Both the position numbers and the translations under genes were made by a program. A stretch of DNA of 64,000 nucleotides from Paramecium tetraurelia (taxonomy: Eukaryota), in the NCBI GenBank assembly GCA_000165425.1, contig CT868552.1, positions 62,001 through 126,000 of the forward strand, read 5' to 3'. Below are positions 36,627 to 52,733 of the stretch, piece by piece. The first letter of the stretch is position 1. Each line of letters opens with the position of its first letter. The notes under the pieces are model-generated. The model did no database searches, was not told where the DNA came from, and worked only from the letters and a program-made list of their open reading frames with translations.

Positions 36627-38043
36627 ATGCAATCACTTTTCGTTAATTGCCAAAAGTGTCAACAAAGACCAGCCACTATCAAATGTACATAGTGCAGGTA
36701 TGGATAAACCTATAGACTATGTTATTCTTGTGATTCTCAAGTCCATAATAGAACTGGCCTCATTGATCAACAACACAAAACTGAAATCATTCCATATTAA
36801 GGTATCTTCTCTATCTTGTCATAGAAATGTACTTGAAAAATTAAAGCTTTGTTCCAGCCCCTTCTCTATCTGAATAGAGGAACTCTCATAAAAAAATGAT
36901 TTCAAAGCTTAGCCTCCAACCAAGGGTTATTTGAATCATGATACTAGAAAACAGGATTATTCTAAGACAATAGAAGTTACTCGAAAACCTGAGTATGTTG
37001 AAAAAAAACATGATTATTTGGAGAAGAAACTTGATAGCAATGATAAAAGATATGATCAACTTCAGCAAGGATTTGATAAAAACAATATTCTTCGAACTAA
37101 AAGTATCAAGAATTTGAAAAATCCAATTAGACTTTAATTAACCAATTAAAGGAAGAACAATAATAAACTGATCGATTAAAAGCAGAAATGATTTAACTTA
37201 AAGAGAGATAAAAGGAATTTTAGAAAAGATTGTATCTTAACAATACTTATATATAGATCAAAATTAGAGTAAGATTATGAACAAAAACATAGGGATGATA
37301 GATAAAAAATACAATAGGTTTAAGATGAAAATAAAAATTTACTTCAAAAACTCAACTCAGTCAATAAGCATCTAAATGAAGAAACAAGTAAAGTTAGAGA
37401 GTATGAATAGTATATTAGAGATCTTGAGTAAGCACTTAATGAAAAAGTATAAGAGTAGAATATTGTATTATTTATGATTTAGTATGGTAGGAAGAGATTT
37501 AACAAATTTATGAAGAATCAAATATGAAAGACCAAATTATAGAATAATTACAACAGAAGTATTGAATTTATTATATTACCTATAACTTTAAGATATGTAA
37601 GCACAGTTTCAATAATTTGCTTAAGAATAATAGAATAACAGTAGAAACACTAGAATTCAATTATCTTCAAACAAAAAACCATCAAAAAGTTAGGACAGTG
37701 AAAAAGATTAAGTGATTTAAGAATTGAATTAGCAATTGGAAGAAAAAAATGAAGAAAATCATAAATTAGAGGGTTATAATTAATTATTTAGATTTAGACT
37801 TGATTGAGAATTTTAAACAATTGTATCAACATATGAATGAGGAAAAATCCTAATTGTAAGAGGAACTGGAGAAATTGGCAAATGAAAAAAATTAATTTAG
37901 AGAAAAATTTAGTGTAAATTATTATTAAGAACATTTAGTAAAATTTACCATTTTTTGGGGTTTACCCAGAATAATTGAATGAAGAAGGAGAAGGAGAATA
38001 TCCTGAAGAAATTGCAGAAGAGAATGATGACCAAAATGATTGA
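36627..38043 (+). CDS. B-box zinc finger + coiled-coil protein
   Basis: CQKCQQRPATIKCTQC...LCYSCDSQVH...QH at the N-terminus followed by a long coiled coil and acidic end. Confidence 0.78.
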
Positions 38044-38162
38044 AATTATATATATCACATCTATTTCAATAACTTTATAAATAGTAAGGTGTCGATCAAT
38101 ATATTAACAACTGACCTTCACTTCTAATGGAAAGTTAAAAATTAATTCCAAATAATTATATA

Positions 38163-39883
38163 ATGAATAAATACTCTTTAAGATTCGACAATCCTAAAAT
38201 GGAAGAACTCTATTTTTAAGATCAGTATGAAGAATTATTTAATTTTTATACTTGGGCTTGTTTTTTAGGTACTATTAGTGCAATTTGTGTTTTTACCATG
38301 GAATTTATTGTTCCATTTGGATTTGGTTTTTGGAAATACACTTTGATTATTATACCCTTAGGCTTTGGATTCAGTCATAGATTAATTAAATTGTTTCCGT
38401 AATATTTTAATTATGTATTGGCTTTGATGAACATTTCCTTAGGGGGCTTAATTTTCATTTTACTTTATTTTTTTTCCAACTCAAACGTACTCTTTTTGGC
38501 AGGATAAACCGTCGCAATGATTCAATATAGTTTGCTTTTGGGATCAAACATCATAATCAACATTTTAGTTCTGTTAATAAATTAGATAGGATTGATGGTA
38601 TTAACTTCAATAGTGCAAAACTACTTTAATTCTTTATAATTAATGTTTATTTTGGCATTGGTACTAGTGTTAAAATCAATCTGGAGTAGTGAAAAGATGA
38701 AAAGATCATTTTTTTTATTGAAGTATCAAAACATTCAACTACATAAATAATTAGATAATGTATTTTAATTAAAAATATTAAGATGCAAATTTGATAAGAA
38801 ATTAAATCAAATTAGGCTAATAAATCTCAATAATTAAGCTGAAAAAATAATTTAAGACTAAAAGCAATTCATTTAATTTATAAGACAATACACTATTGCA
38901 TAAATAAGATCCCTCACCTAACCAATGCAAATGTTAACAAGTTAACGTCATATCAGTAGAGCATAAACTCTCGAATAAGTACTTTACAATATGCTAGTGG
39001 GAGATGATAAGGAAAAATCATCAGAGATTTATTGTGAAGCAACTAAAATAGCATATAGAATTTGTATTTATAAAATTATAGAGAAAAATTAAGTCCATTT
39101 AATTGTGCTACTATAAGAAGATTCAGAGTACTAAAAGATATTAAAATTAAATAAAGAAGTAAGAAAGAAGAATCGAAATTAAAGATTATTGTTGATATGT
39201 CTTGAAAATGCAAGAAAATCTTTATAAATATTAAAATATTTGACAACAGAAGTTATTGATAACAAACAAAAAACACATTAAATTAACATGAAAGTAATTA
39301 AAATACTCTCAGTTACTTAAAGTATTTTATTTAAATCTGTTCATGGTTATTATAATGTTCTTATTCTTAATAAGATGTATCAATATTTATCCGAAACTAT
39401 TTAATTTGATATAGAGAGGCTTTTAATTGATGTAAGAAAATTGAGGAATATCTTTTGCAATGAAAAATCATTGCCTATTAATTATGAAGGTAATAATATA
39501 TAATGTGAATCAAATTATGTATTGACATTATAATTAGTTTTAAATCTACTCCAAGATTTGTTTAGTGAGCGAACCTATGAGAAGATTATAATCAAAGTAG
39601 ATTATTTGATTAATTTTAGGCTTAAGTACAACAGTTAGAAAAAACAAAAGTGGTAGACTATAAGATCTTTCTAATGATAAATGAAAAAAACGAAAAAGTT
39701 TGCATTCCTTTAAATAGAATTATGATCAATTCATTCAGTTAACTTAAAAAAGTAAATAAAAAGATCTTGGAAATTATTGGATGGAATAATTAAATAACGA
39801 TAACTCAAAAATCAAATTTTGACCTAATTGAATACAGCCTTATACATTCTCTTAAGGAATTTAAAGAAACTATGAAAATTTGA
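38163..39883 (+). CDS. multi-pass membrane protein with a cytoplasmic domain (possibly a degenerate sensor-kinase-like family)
   Basis: About six hydrophobic segments in 38230-38680, then E-KMKRSFFLLK and a soluble domain; no catalytic motif recognised. Confidence 0.6.
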
Positions 39884-40064
39884 TTGATAAAGTGATTTTA
39901 TTTTGACTTTTTACAAAATATATAAAAACTATACTAGTATTAACGACCTAAAAAGGAACTCTAAAGGAAGACTGGATCAAAATTAAAATACTCTTATATC
40001 TTTGAGATTTTGTATGATAATTTTGTTAAATTCATATCTTAATAATATATATTAATTAAATAAA

Positions 40065-40554
40065 ATGTCCAGAGCAATACGTAGATATGTGAATTCAAAG
40101 GAGGAAATGGAATACAACAGAGGATATAGTGCTGAAGAAATGCAAGCAGCTAAATTGCGAAAAGCCTTTGTTTAAAAATATATTGCAGATTTTGATACAA
40201 ACTTTTACAAGACATAAGAAGAAAGAGATTGGGGTTATGTAGTCAGAAGAGAGTACAGTTTTAATTAAGGATCCTAGGTATCGATATGATGTCACATATA
40301 CATCACTTGTGGATGGATGGGCATGTGCTGCAGTAGTATCAATGGCTAGAATGTTTTAAACAAAAAGATTCTCTTGGGCACCATATTTTGTTGTCTGGCC
40401 AATTGCTTATCTTTACTTTTAGCCAATCTAATTTTTGAAACACAACAAAAAATATTTTGATATGTGCAATTTGGGAGAAACGTTTTATCTTGGAAGAGAA
40501 AGAAACAAGGTTCTGGCTGAATGTAATAAAATCTTGGATAGAGAAGATTTCTGA
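40065..40554 (+). CDS. small membrane protein, possibly mitochondrial
   Basis: MSRAIRRYVNSKEEMEYNRG...DGWACAAVVSMARMF...WAPYFVVWPIAYLYF...ILDREDF*; one intron; GC-elevated coding signal. Confidence 0.75.
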
Positions 40555-40615
40555 TCTTTAACATAATATACAAAATATAACATTATCAATTTATAATTTT
40601 ATATTATTTTTTTAT

Positions 40616-41542
40616 TCATTCTTTTTAAAGAAATCTACGAGCTTCTGTTTCGACTAATTTCTGCATTGAAATATTTGAATGAATATTTCTTAAGTATTTA
40701 TTTTTTTGAAGAATTTCTTCTGCTATCTTTTTAGCTATACTTTCTAAATTTACCTCCTTTTTTTCTGTATTTTTTTGAAGCTAAAATTATTATAATATTT
40801 TACTTATTCTTCTTCTTAAATAGTAACATGCTTTTTATTAGGTTTTTGAGCAGCATTATTATTTTATTTTAACGCTTTCTTTGCTGCTTCTTTCTAAGAT
40901 AGTTAAGGATTCTCTATTCGTATTTCCTCTATTCTCTTTTTTAAAGCTTCTACAACCGTTTTGACCTACGATTAATAGTATATTCATACTTCTAAATCAT
41001 TTATATACGACTCAAAATCTAAGTTTTTAGTAAAGTCTAGTAATTCATTCAATTCTTAGTCATCAATTATTTCATCCTCCAATTCAGTGTTGGTTGCTTA
41101 TAAATTTTATTTTTCTTATTATAATTCTTCGACTTTAGTAGATTTGTTTTGCAGTTAAGATGCTTATTGTGTTTATTATTCAGTCTATTAATTTTATTTG
41201 TCACTATTTGATCTATACCTTTCAGGATGTAACCGAGATTGAACTTAAGAACAATGCAATGCAGTTTTTTTCTCCTTGACATGCTTTTGAAAATTTGACA
41301 GCCATTCTTTATGCTAACTCAATATTGGTTTTATTTCTTATTAAATTAAACAGGTCTAATACATTTAATTGGTTAATGAATTTGCAGTTGCTTAACTGGA
41401 TTGTAACCGAGAGGTTCAGCATGTGTTACTCTTGATACAAAAGGTCTTAAAAGATGTTGATATCTGTTTACTTATGATAATCTAAATTAATAGATGCTTG
41501 CGGTCTATTACAAAGCATTATCCCTTTATAATGTTCCATCAT
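40616..41542 (-). CDS. hypothetical protein
   Basis: MMEHYKGIMLCNRP...PFVSRVTHAEPLG...KPTLN...FSMQKLVETEARRFL; tiny introns. Confidence 0.7.
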
Positions 41543-42217
41543 TTTACAATAATATTTATAATTTATTTTATTAATACAATTCATCAAAAATGTATGAACC
41601 ACATTTTGGAGATTTTCTTATCAATCATCAGAGGATTCAAGGAAGTAATTATTCTAGAATAAATTCCTTATCTTAAATTTTGTAATTTAATAATTCAACT
41701 ATTAAATTTATTAATTGTATTTTTCTTAAATTCCCTTTTTAGTCATAAGAAATGATTAGACAGTTTAGAATTGATTTCGATATATATAAACATTTAGATT
41801 ATATAAGTTTTATTTTATACTAATTCTAATTAAAAATTGATGCCAATAAAAGGTTTGGATTCAAAATAACTAATAAAAATTATACTAAAGAGAATTTTGT
41901 TCCTACCTTTAAATTGGATTAAACCATAGCCTTTCTCAAAACATTTAGATGGTTATCAATAAGTTGATATCTAAAGTTGAAATAAATTATACAAGCAAAT
42001 TGATATTAAACATAACTAAAAATGAAAACTTAATTAGTTACTAATTCAAAGAAATTAAGAACATCAATGAATTGCGCTTAACATAATCTCGGATAAACAG
42101 ATATGCATCCAAAATACAGAATAACAAAAATTCGATGAGGATAATTCTTAAATGTTGGACTTCGAAAATAATTCTTTATTACTATTTTGCATGAAAAATA
42201 GATAAAATAAAATTGAA

Positions 42218-43295
42218 TCAATCCTTTAGTTATAAGTCCTGTAGTTCCTTTTCAATTTATTAATATTCATTAGCCATTTCCTAATTTTGAAATCTGAATT
42301 CTTCTTCAAATGTGTCCAAATAATGAATTAATTGTTGTTTCTATTTTTCACTTGCTTCCTTGATTAGATAACTAGATTACTTAGATTCTGTTATCAATAA
42401 CTCTTTCCAGATCATCCATCTTATAAGACTTACTTTTTTGTCTTTGATTTTTCATGGCTATAAAATGTGTCTAAGCTTGAATTGGTCCCTCTATATTGGC
42501 TTTTAAATTTTCTCTAAACTTTTCTATCGCCTAAATGCCATACTTATCAACTTGAAATTTGAAATCTTCTAATTTCTAATAGATTTATAAATGCTTACTT
42601 TAGTCACGAATTCTAGGTCTTATTGTTTACATGTTCTTTGCAAAATGTGATCATTTACAACTTGTGTAGATGATTCAAGTGTTTTCTTCAATTCGACATC
42701 GATGTCTCTTAAAAAAGTCAAATAAATTTAGTACATATTTTAAAAATAATAAATATAAATATTATCAAATATTTCTCACCTTTTGTTCAGTGATTTTAGT
42801 TCCTTTTGTAGCAGCATCATAGTAAGATCTTTCAACTTCAAAGTAAATTTACAACCCATCAACTCTTTCATTGCTTAAGAGATATTACACCCATTTCTTC
42901 TACCCAAAGAAAAGTTAACCTAGTTATCTACCTATACCTGAGTGTTGGAATAGATCATTAAAATCTTTGAAACTGTCATGATACCTAGGATTTTATTTAC
43001 GTTTAGAAATGAATTTGTAAACCACTGGACATTAGATGGGTCCTACTTCGGTTTCAATCCAATTTCTAAAATGTCGACCAAAAGTATAGGGAACATTCTT
43101 GTAGCGGCCTTGTTTCTTCTTTTTTATAGATGGACATTTTTTTCCTAATATATTAGGATCGGTGTCAGCCTCAGCTTAACACCAGCGATCGGTTAGCTAA
43201 AATTCAACTTAATCACACTCACTGTGTTATTATAGCTGCTCTTCTTCACTAAAACTATCTCTTCTCAGTAATGGACACATTGCCTTCATTTCCAT
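42218..43295 (-). CDS. hypothetical protein (basic KKKKQGRYKNVP motif, possibly nuclear)
   Basis: MEMKAMCPLL...SIKKKKQGRYKNVPYTFGRHFRNWIE...; continuous code-6 frames with introns. Confidence 0.7.
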
Positions 43296-44407
43296 TATTT
43301 AAATTATTGGGCAATTAAATCTTAATAAGTAAATCATTTTATAAATTCTAGTGACAAACTATAAATAGATATCCCCCTCATGCCAACAGGTTCATATAAC
43401 CAAAATTAGACCAAAAAGAAGATTAGTAAAGCATAAATTAAGAATTTATTCAATGAAATTGATAAGAGCAAATTTAAACAGTGCCATTATTCAATAATTT
43501 TATATGAATTATAAGGAATATAATTAATCTAAAAGGGATAATAGAAAATCTTAATAATCTCATAATTTTACCAATGGGATTGAATAAAAATATCATTATT
43601 CTTAAAGATAATCATTTTTTATTGAAAATACATAAAATCAGAATATGGAAATTATTTAAATTTCTCTATTTTTAATTTGAATTTGAGTCTAAAATAACAA
43701 TAGAAAATAAATGATATTTATCTTCATATCAAATTTACTATGAACAGGCTAAGTTCTATTTTGTAAAGGTGAAGTAAACTACACACAAAAATAAATTGCA
43801 TATGTTTATAAATCTATAGTTGTATTTCAAACTAACTTAAAACTTCTTCATTATTAGAAATTTTTATTTCCAGTTATTAATTTATTCTTATATGGTAAAC
43901 CTTTTTATTTCAATGAATGTTAATTTATTATATTATTCTCCAATTAAGTAAATTTAATAGAATAATTATGAGCAGATTTGATTAAGATTTCAAATTATTA
44001 AGAATAAATAGTTTGAATTACTTAACTATTTAGTCATTTGAAATACTTGGCATAATTATGAAATTAAATCTAAAAATTAAAAAATAAAACTACAATTCGA
44101 ATGATGCCACTATTAAAGATAAATAATCCTTTAAAGTAGATAGATCTTTTATTTGTATTTAAAGAAGAGAATAAATATTTTGAATATGGGAATATAAAAA
44201 ATTATATCAATTTAATAATAAAAACTTCCAAAATTAAAAGTTTATCCTTTAATTACCACCAAGAGGAATAGAATACTATGTTAGAAATAAAATATTAAAA
44301 TTCCCATCGTGAAAGAATAATAATTTTATCTTGATTTATGATGTATAATATATTTTAGTCCATTTAGGTTAATTAGAATCAATAAAAATACTATTACAGA
44401 TTAAAAA

Positions 44408-45805
44408 TCATTCTAATTCAGATTTAAAAATCTTATTCAATCTTATATTTCTTTTCATATTATTTTTTCTTTTACCTAGACAATCAGTTCCATCGTTTTC
44501 TTCTTAATGAACACTCATAAACTCATTGAAATGTTATTTAAGTGGTTTTTTTAAAATTTTTTCCATTTCTCTCATGGTATGAAGGGAATCTTTGTTTTCC
44601 ATTCTAAAAAATGTTTGAACTGCTTTAGTGTTTGCTTGAAATTCTCTAAGTTGATCTATGCTTTTATGAAAATAACTGACTTAAGGTTATGCTTAAATCA
44701 GTTTTATAGGTTGATCCTCTTTTTCATTTTCATTTGGACTGACTAAAATATTTCTTGAGGTTGATATCACTTAATGATCGCTCTTTCTCTTAGGAGCAAT
44801 CATCCTTTCAGTGTAGCTTTATTATTAAAACGATAAGAAATCTTCAGATTTTTATTTTAGCAATTTACTTGGAGTGAGATGAGGAGTATTAAGTGTAGTT
44901 GAAGAGACATTGTTGCTAGTTTGATAATTGCTATCTAATTTTTCTATTTTTCTTAAATGCTGATTTGTGTGATATAATTAAGGGTGTAATAATTCAGGTG
45001 AGATGGATGCTGATTTTGGACTAGGGACATGAATTTATTTGAGTTATTTGAGTTTTGTTGATTTGATTAATTTGTTAGCTTATTAGGCATAAAATTTTGA
45101 GTATTCTTAATGAGGTACTTTTTCCTTCTTTTCTATTTATATCCCTTTTTGTAGTAGATACTTCTTTAGAAGTTCAAACTTCTCATTAACTGATAATTCA
45201 TTATTTTGTTATTGATGTCGTTTTTAATTGAAACTCTTGATAGTCTCTTTATAGAAATCGGAGGAATCATTGTTTACCTCCTATAAAAAATTTAGGTTAT
45301 TGATTTAATCAAGAACTTGATTTTTGGATTGTTATCTTAGATTACGTTTATTGATGGTTTCTAAAATTCTATGTAAATTATGATGCGTTTCAAGTGTCAT
45401 TGAGGATTCTTGTACCATAGTTGCAATTTCATTCGGGGAGAAATCTAGTTAGAGAATATCAAGGATTAGATGTTGCTTTTCTTCGTCATTTTCTATGTTG
45501 TTAAGCATATCAATTTCTAATTCCAATTATTTAGATATTGCAATAATATGGTTTTTTTCATCATCTTCTTTTTTGAAGAATTATCTGAGTTTAGCTTATT
45601 ATTTTAAATGTGAAATGATGATTTGAACTTATTTAAATTGAAGTGGATTGAGTAATTGCAGTCTTTTTGTTAAATCAACAAATGTTTTAATTTTTTGCAT
45701 GGATTTCATAGTATGTTCAAATCTTTTTTGACGATTTCCTAATCTAATTTAAATAAAGAGAGCTTACATATTCTTAGCATATTGGGGATTTGATTGGAAT
45801 AGCAT
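44408..45805 (-). CDS. hypothetical protein
   Basis: MLFQSNPQYAKN|intron|...; long Q/S-rich code-6 frame to TGA 44408-44410. Confidence 0.65.
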
Positions 45806-45926
45806 TTTTATGTATTTTAATTAGTTTTTATTATATTTTGTATTTATTTTTAAACAGTTATCAAAAAAGGAGAATGCTAAAGGAAAGAAGAATTACTAAT
45901 TTATAAAATATTTATTTATGAAAACA

Positions 45927-47781
<1,855 letters not shown>

Positions 47782-47899
47782 TATTTTAATAATTTAAATT
47801 CTATAATATCATCCATTAAACATCACTTCATAAATTCAATTATTACACTCTCTCCAGACCCAATAATTAATTAAAGTCAATAAATAACATATATTTATA

Positions 47900-50185
47900 T
47901 CAATGTTTGAATTAATTTAGAGTAGCTCTTATGCTTTCTTATTTCTGACTTAATAAAATGTCCCTAAATTCGTCATGATGTTTTAAATTATAGGAAACAG
48001 CGCTCCCCTGTTCTTTCAACATGCTGACATGGTCTTCAAGGTTCTAAGATACATCCTATCCGATTTGATCAGACTAGATCTTCCAATTGTTGTTAATTCC
48101 AAAGAATACTAAATCGATAATCAGAGCAACTACTAAAATCACAAATAGCAAAGTAAGGGGAATGACAGTGCTTAGTTTGTATAATAATTTATTCGATGAA
48201 TCGTTCCAATTCTACGAAATCCCCATACCATTCTAAGTGTAAATGTAAGGATAACCATATATCAATACACTGAAAATTAAATGCAGCACAAGAAAGAAAT
48301 GGGTGAATTTCAATGTGATAATACCCACCGATTTCAACTGTTCCTGCAATTTCACCTATTGCTTTTCATTGTAAGAGTGATATCTCAATAACATGTTCTT
48401 ATCATAAATATACTGTAATCCTATTTATATGGCACCTAATAGAGGCAATAAAGGTAGACCTGCTGATACAATTGTTGATAGGAATATACTAAACAATAAT
48501 TTAGCATATCTAAGTCCAGTCCTAAAGGTAGGATTGCTATTGATCAATGGAGAATCACGTCTAAATGTTTTGCCTGTCTTAATGTCTAAATTCTATCTTG
48601 ATTGAACGTTATAATTAACACTCTCATCTAAGTTTAATAAGAACAGAGTTTGATGAGATTGATTATTATTGTTAGTATTGTTTCCTGTTGTTTTTTATTA
48701 CCCAGTCAATCTTTGTCTTTCTTCATCAGTTTCGTCTGTTAACAAAGAACCAACTAATTGCAATTCTTCCTAGTCTCTTATTCCACCTGTTATGCATCGA
48801 CATCCTGATACAATGCTCAAAATTATTAATTTAAGAGTGTAGAATATAGATACCCATAAAAATATCAATCCATGATTAATAATCCATTTTCTATCTAAAT
48901 CATCACTAAAAATTAATGATTTTTCTGTTGATGTATAACTTTAAATGACCAACACAATGTTGCCTATTGTTTCCCATGAAATCAAGATTGGTACTAATAA
49001 AGTATAACATGTCAAATAGACTGTGATTCTAATCAAAATGACCTTTTATTCTTAAACTAAATATATCTGCTTTTCCTTATTAATGATTAACTCTAAAAAG
49101 ATCCATCCCAATATATCAGCAACAAATATCCAAAATCCTGTGATTATATAATAGGCTGTTCTTGTAAAATCGCTATCCAAACAATACTCAGTGCATTTAA
49201 CTGTATTGTTCCTTGCATTCTTTAGAGCCATGTTCTCAAATACTACCAATGGCGCTAATAATATAATTGCTACGACGATATGCATGAGAATAATTTGAAT
49301 ATTGTTTCTCTCTTAATAATCCATGTTTTCCCATTTGATTTCATTGGGATCAGGAGCTTCTGTTACTTTGATGGTATATAAGCCTCTAAGCTTTAATTCT
49401 TAAGGTTAATTTAAAAATAAATAGATGCCATTTCTAACTAAGCAATCTTAATTATATTTCTCATAAAATAAGTCACGATCAACCTTGCTTTTAAAGACAA
49501 CGAAAGCCTTTATAGATTCTAAGTCATCTGGAGCTAAGAAGATATTGAATTTATCTGCTAGTTCCTTTGTAATATCTTTTAATTCATCAGTCAATACTCT
49601 GATGAAGTCTTGTCTTACGTACATATCAGCTTATGATAATCTCTTAGAAAATACTTCTAACTTTTTCTTTTCTAATCTGATCTATCTCTCCTTGAATGCC
49701 TTGTTCTTCATAATGCTGAGAGTACCCTAGAAATTGCGCACCAAGTATATCTCATGTGTATTGGATTGAAGAATGGAACGCAAGTCTTCTGGATCTATCG
49801 TGGCTGATGGAAATCCATTTACTTCTACACTCCAAGGTGAGATGCTGGATACTTTGAATTATGCATCTTTGTTGATAGCATTGTATCGTAGGTATAGTAA
49901 TGACAAAAAGTAGAGAAGGGTTCCAATTGCATCTCCTAAAACTCCAATGAGAAATGCAGTCTCATTTGAAATATCAAGGTTGGCTACTGTAAAGGTTTCT
50001 AATTGTAGTTGAAATTGATTGAATATGCTGTTTCCTGTGATGCAGAATATCAATTATGGGAGGTGAAGAACGGCGAAGATGAGCATTAGGAAAAAGTTCC
50101 ATTTGAGAATTCTGAAGTAATAAACTATTGAGTGATCAAAGCAGTTATCGACTGATGCGAATATGGACTCGGGTGGTTGTTCCAT
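47900..50185 (-). CDS. OSCA/CSC1/TMEM63-like membrane channel protein
   Basis: YYFRILKW, ISPWSVEV, KAFVVFKS, IKVTEAPDPNEIKWENM followed by multiple TM helices; SYNL near the C-terminus. Confidence 0.8.
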
Positions 50186-50224
50186 TATATTAGTAATAAA
50201 TATAAATTAATTAAACACTTGCTG

Positions 50225-50851
50225 ATGAAAAAAAGATTATAACTATAACAGTTGGATCTGGCTGCTCCAAAGAAGCAGACTGGCCCTTATAAGCAATTCT
50301 TGTGTGAACAATTAGCTATTTAACACCTTAAATATCCTCAAAGAACAATAGAGGAATTAACTAAATTGATAAATCTTATGTGGAAGGTGAGAGAAAAAAA
50401 GAATAATCAATTGTATTTTTAGCACAATGGATACGTGAACATCAGTGAGACAGAAAGGGTGCCTGTTCCTCAGCCCTCTCCTCCGGTGTTGATAATGTTT
50501 AAAAATATATAATGTGAAAAAGCTTCCAAAAAAACATGAGGCAACTCCTCGAGTTTACACATCCAGAGTATAATGCAGAATAGGTGGATCACACCATTAA
50601 ATTCGAATGGACTTTAAATTCCACCCAAAGATAGAAAGCAGCTGAGGAATTCAGATAGTTGAGACAAGTTTAAATTAGTATAACAATATGATTAGGAATT
50701 CGAGAAAGAAAAGAAAGAATTTATTAATAGGTATGGTTTCTGGCCTCAACATAAAAAATCTTCAGGTGAGTATTTTGATAAGACCAAATAATCTAGCCCA
50801 AAATTGGATCCCCTGGCTTTAAATCTAATGAAAAAAGTCAAATTGGAATGA
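50225..50851 (+). CDS. HMG-box-like protein
   Basis: APKKQTGPYKQFLCEQ...YPQRTIEELTKLINLMWK and a second unit ...FQKNMRQLLEFTHPEYNAEQVDHTIKFEW...EFEKEKKEF; intron positions uncertain. Confidence 0.6.
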
Positions 50852-51072
50852 AATTAATGAAAAATGAGAATAAAAATACAAAACAAAAACATACTTTGTA
50901 AAATCTAGAAAAAATGCAGAACTTTAATCAGTTCTCCTTCTCTCATATCCAGATATTGGAATTGCTTCATTTAAAATTAAATTTTTTCTTTTCACCAAAA
51001 AGAGCGGGAAAATAAAATACTATTAAGATACTGTCTTATCTATTCATTCTTTTACATTGGATGACGATAATT

Positions 51073-51582
51073 ATGTGTGTTTACTGTTTTTCACATTACT
51101 TTAACCTCTTTTCAAACTATTTGTTGTTTTATTTATCATCTATGCATAAACTATTTTATTTTATTATATTTAGGATCCTCACCATTGGAAGAAATCCCAA
51201 CCTCCATAACCATACCAACCAATCCATCCACCATAATTATGTACTCTAACCACCCAATTACCATCATAAACCCTTCAATAATGCATAATATCATTTCAAT
51301 CACGTACATTTTTATTTTTAGAATAATGAATCAATGCTTTGGATGCTAACTTTTCAACCATTAAACTAATCCAAACTCACACAAAGATCTGCACTAATCA
51401 TTCATATCAACCCAAGTAGATTAAACTACTAATTCAAAGTTTAAGGTCATGTCCAGATACCACCATGAAAGTGTCTACTCTACCACCTTTACACTTATTG
51501 ATTCACTATTAAGTTCCAATTACTCTATTAATTATCAATTTGGATTCTCATATCTATCATTATTAATCAAATTCAATATTGA
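51073..51582 (+). CDS. possible small membrane or GPI-anchored protein (unresolved)
   Basis: GC-elevated segment; one + frame reads GSSPLEEIPTSITIPTNPST...LLSSNYSINYQFWILISIIINQIQY*; start and introns not resolved. Confidence 0.3.
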
Positions 51583-52046
51583 AAAGTCTAATTTCTCCTA
51601 TATTTTTGTGTGTCTCATTTAAATTTTTATAATCCCCATTGTGAATATAAGGAACTGTCTGAGTAGGATTTATTCAAATTCTCAAAAAAGTTCAGAATAT
51701 ATAAAATGATATATTAAGTTATGCATAATTAAAATAAATCTTATATCTTGAACATTGAGTATTATAAATATTATATTATTTTTTATGCTGGAAAATCAAT
51801 TTAAAGGAGGTCAAATGTTTATCAATTACTAAAATTAAGTTATTTTTACCTTTCACATGGTAGAACCTGATAAATAAAAATAATTTAATTTAGTTATTGA
51901 TTTTTTAAATTATTTTCTTCGTGTTGTATTCTTCTAATCTAATTAAGATATTTAAACTAAAATGATATGATGATCACAATCACAAATACAATATTATATT
52001 TGATTATCCTTAACTTTGGAACTAAGTGTACATAATAATTAAATAA

Positions 52047-52733
52047 ATGTTCGTTAGAGCCCACGTTCCAAAAAGCAGAACTTCATTAACTCCGCAAAAT
52101 TTCAAACCAATTTGTATAGAATAACGTGGGGATTGTACCCCAACCAGAAGCAATAACATTAGTTACTATGAACACAGCATTCTCATTTAAGAACCATCTC
52201 AATAATCCTTGCAAAATTATACTGGAAGAGTTGAGGAGAAATTACAAAGGAGAGTGATAAATTCTAGTGCTTCTAATTTGAGATGTAGATACATTTCAGA
52301 CAAGGAAAATTTGGTTAGGGTTCCTGGACAATCCTTTGGAGGGAATCAACCTTCAAGCAAGGATTTAATGCAGGTTATGAACAACTTGAAAAAATAGAAG
52401 GAAGACATTAATTACACGCTTTCTGAGACGCTCTAAAAAAATAATCTAATTCAAGAATAAATGGATGTAATTATTGATTCAAAGTAATTTAGATTGTTAA
52501 TAAGGAAATGGAACAACAATCTCTGAATTATTAATAAAGTTTAGATGAATTTATGAACGAATTCAATGAACTCACTTACAAAATATCGTAGTTGGAGGAA
52601 CAGAATAATAAATTGTTTGAATAAAATGAGCACCAGAAATGGTACTTGTAATAGATTCAATGTTAATCTTCAAGGTATTAACATTTTGTATGAATTTAGA
52701 TTCCATTAAACTCACAACTTTGGAGCTGGTTGA
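52047..52733 (+). CDS. hypothetical coiled-coil protein
   Basis: MFVRAHVPKSRTSLTPQ...; two tiny introns; TGA 52731-52733 under the preferred splice model. Confidence 0.65.

Noticed and set aside
43300..44400. Long AT-rich spacers (also 21480-22070, 22660-23440, 41545-42210, 58090-58990) as retained IESs or transposons
   Set aside because: No convincing TA-bounded inverted ends, terminal repeats or transposase motifs seen by eye; more likely eroded post-duplication gene remnants. A germline-versus-somatic read comparison would be decisive
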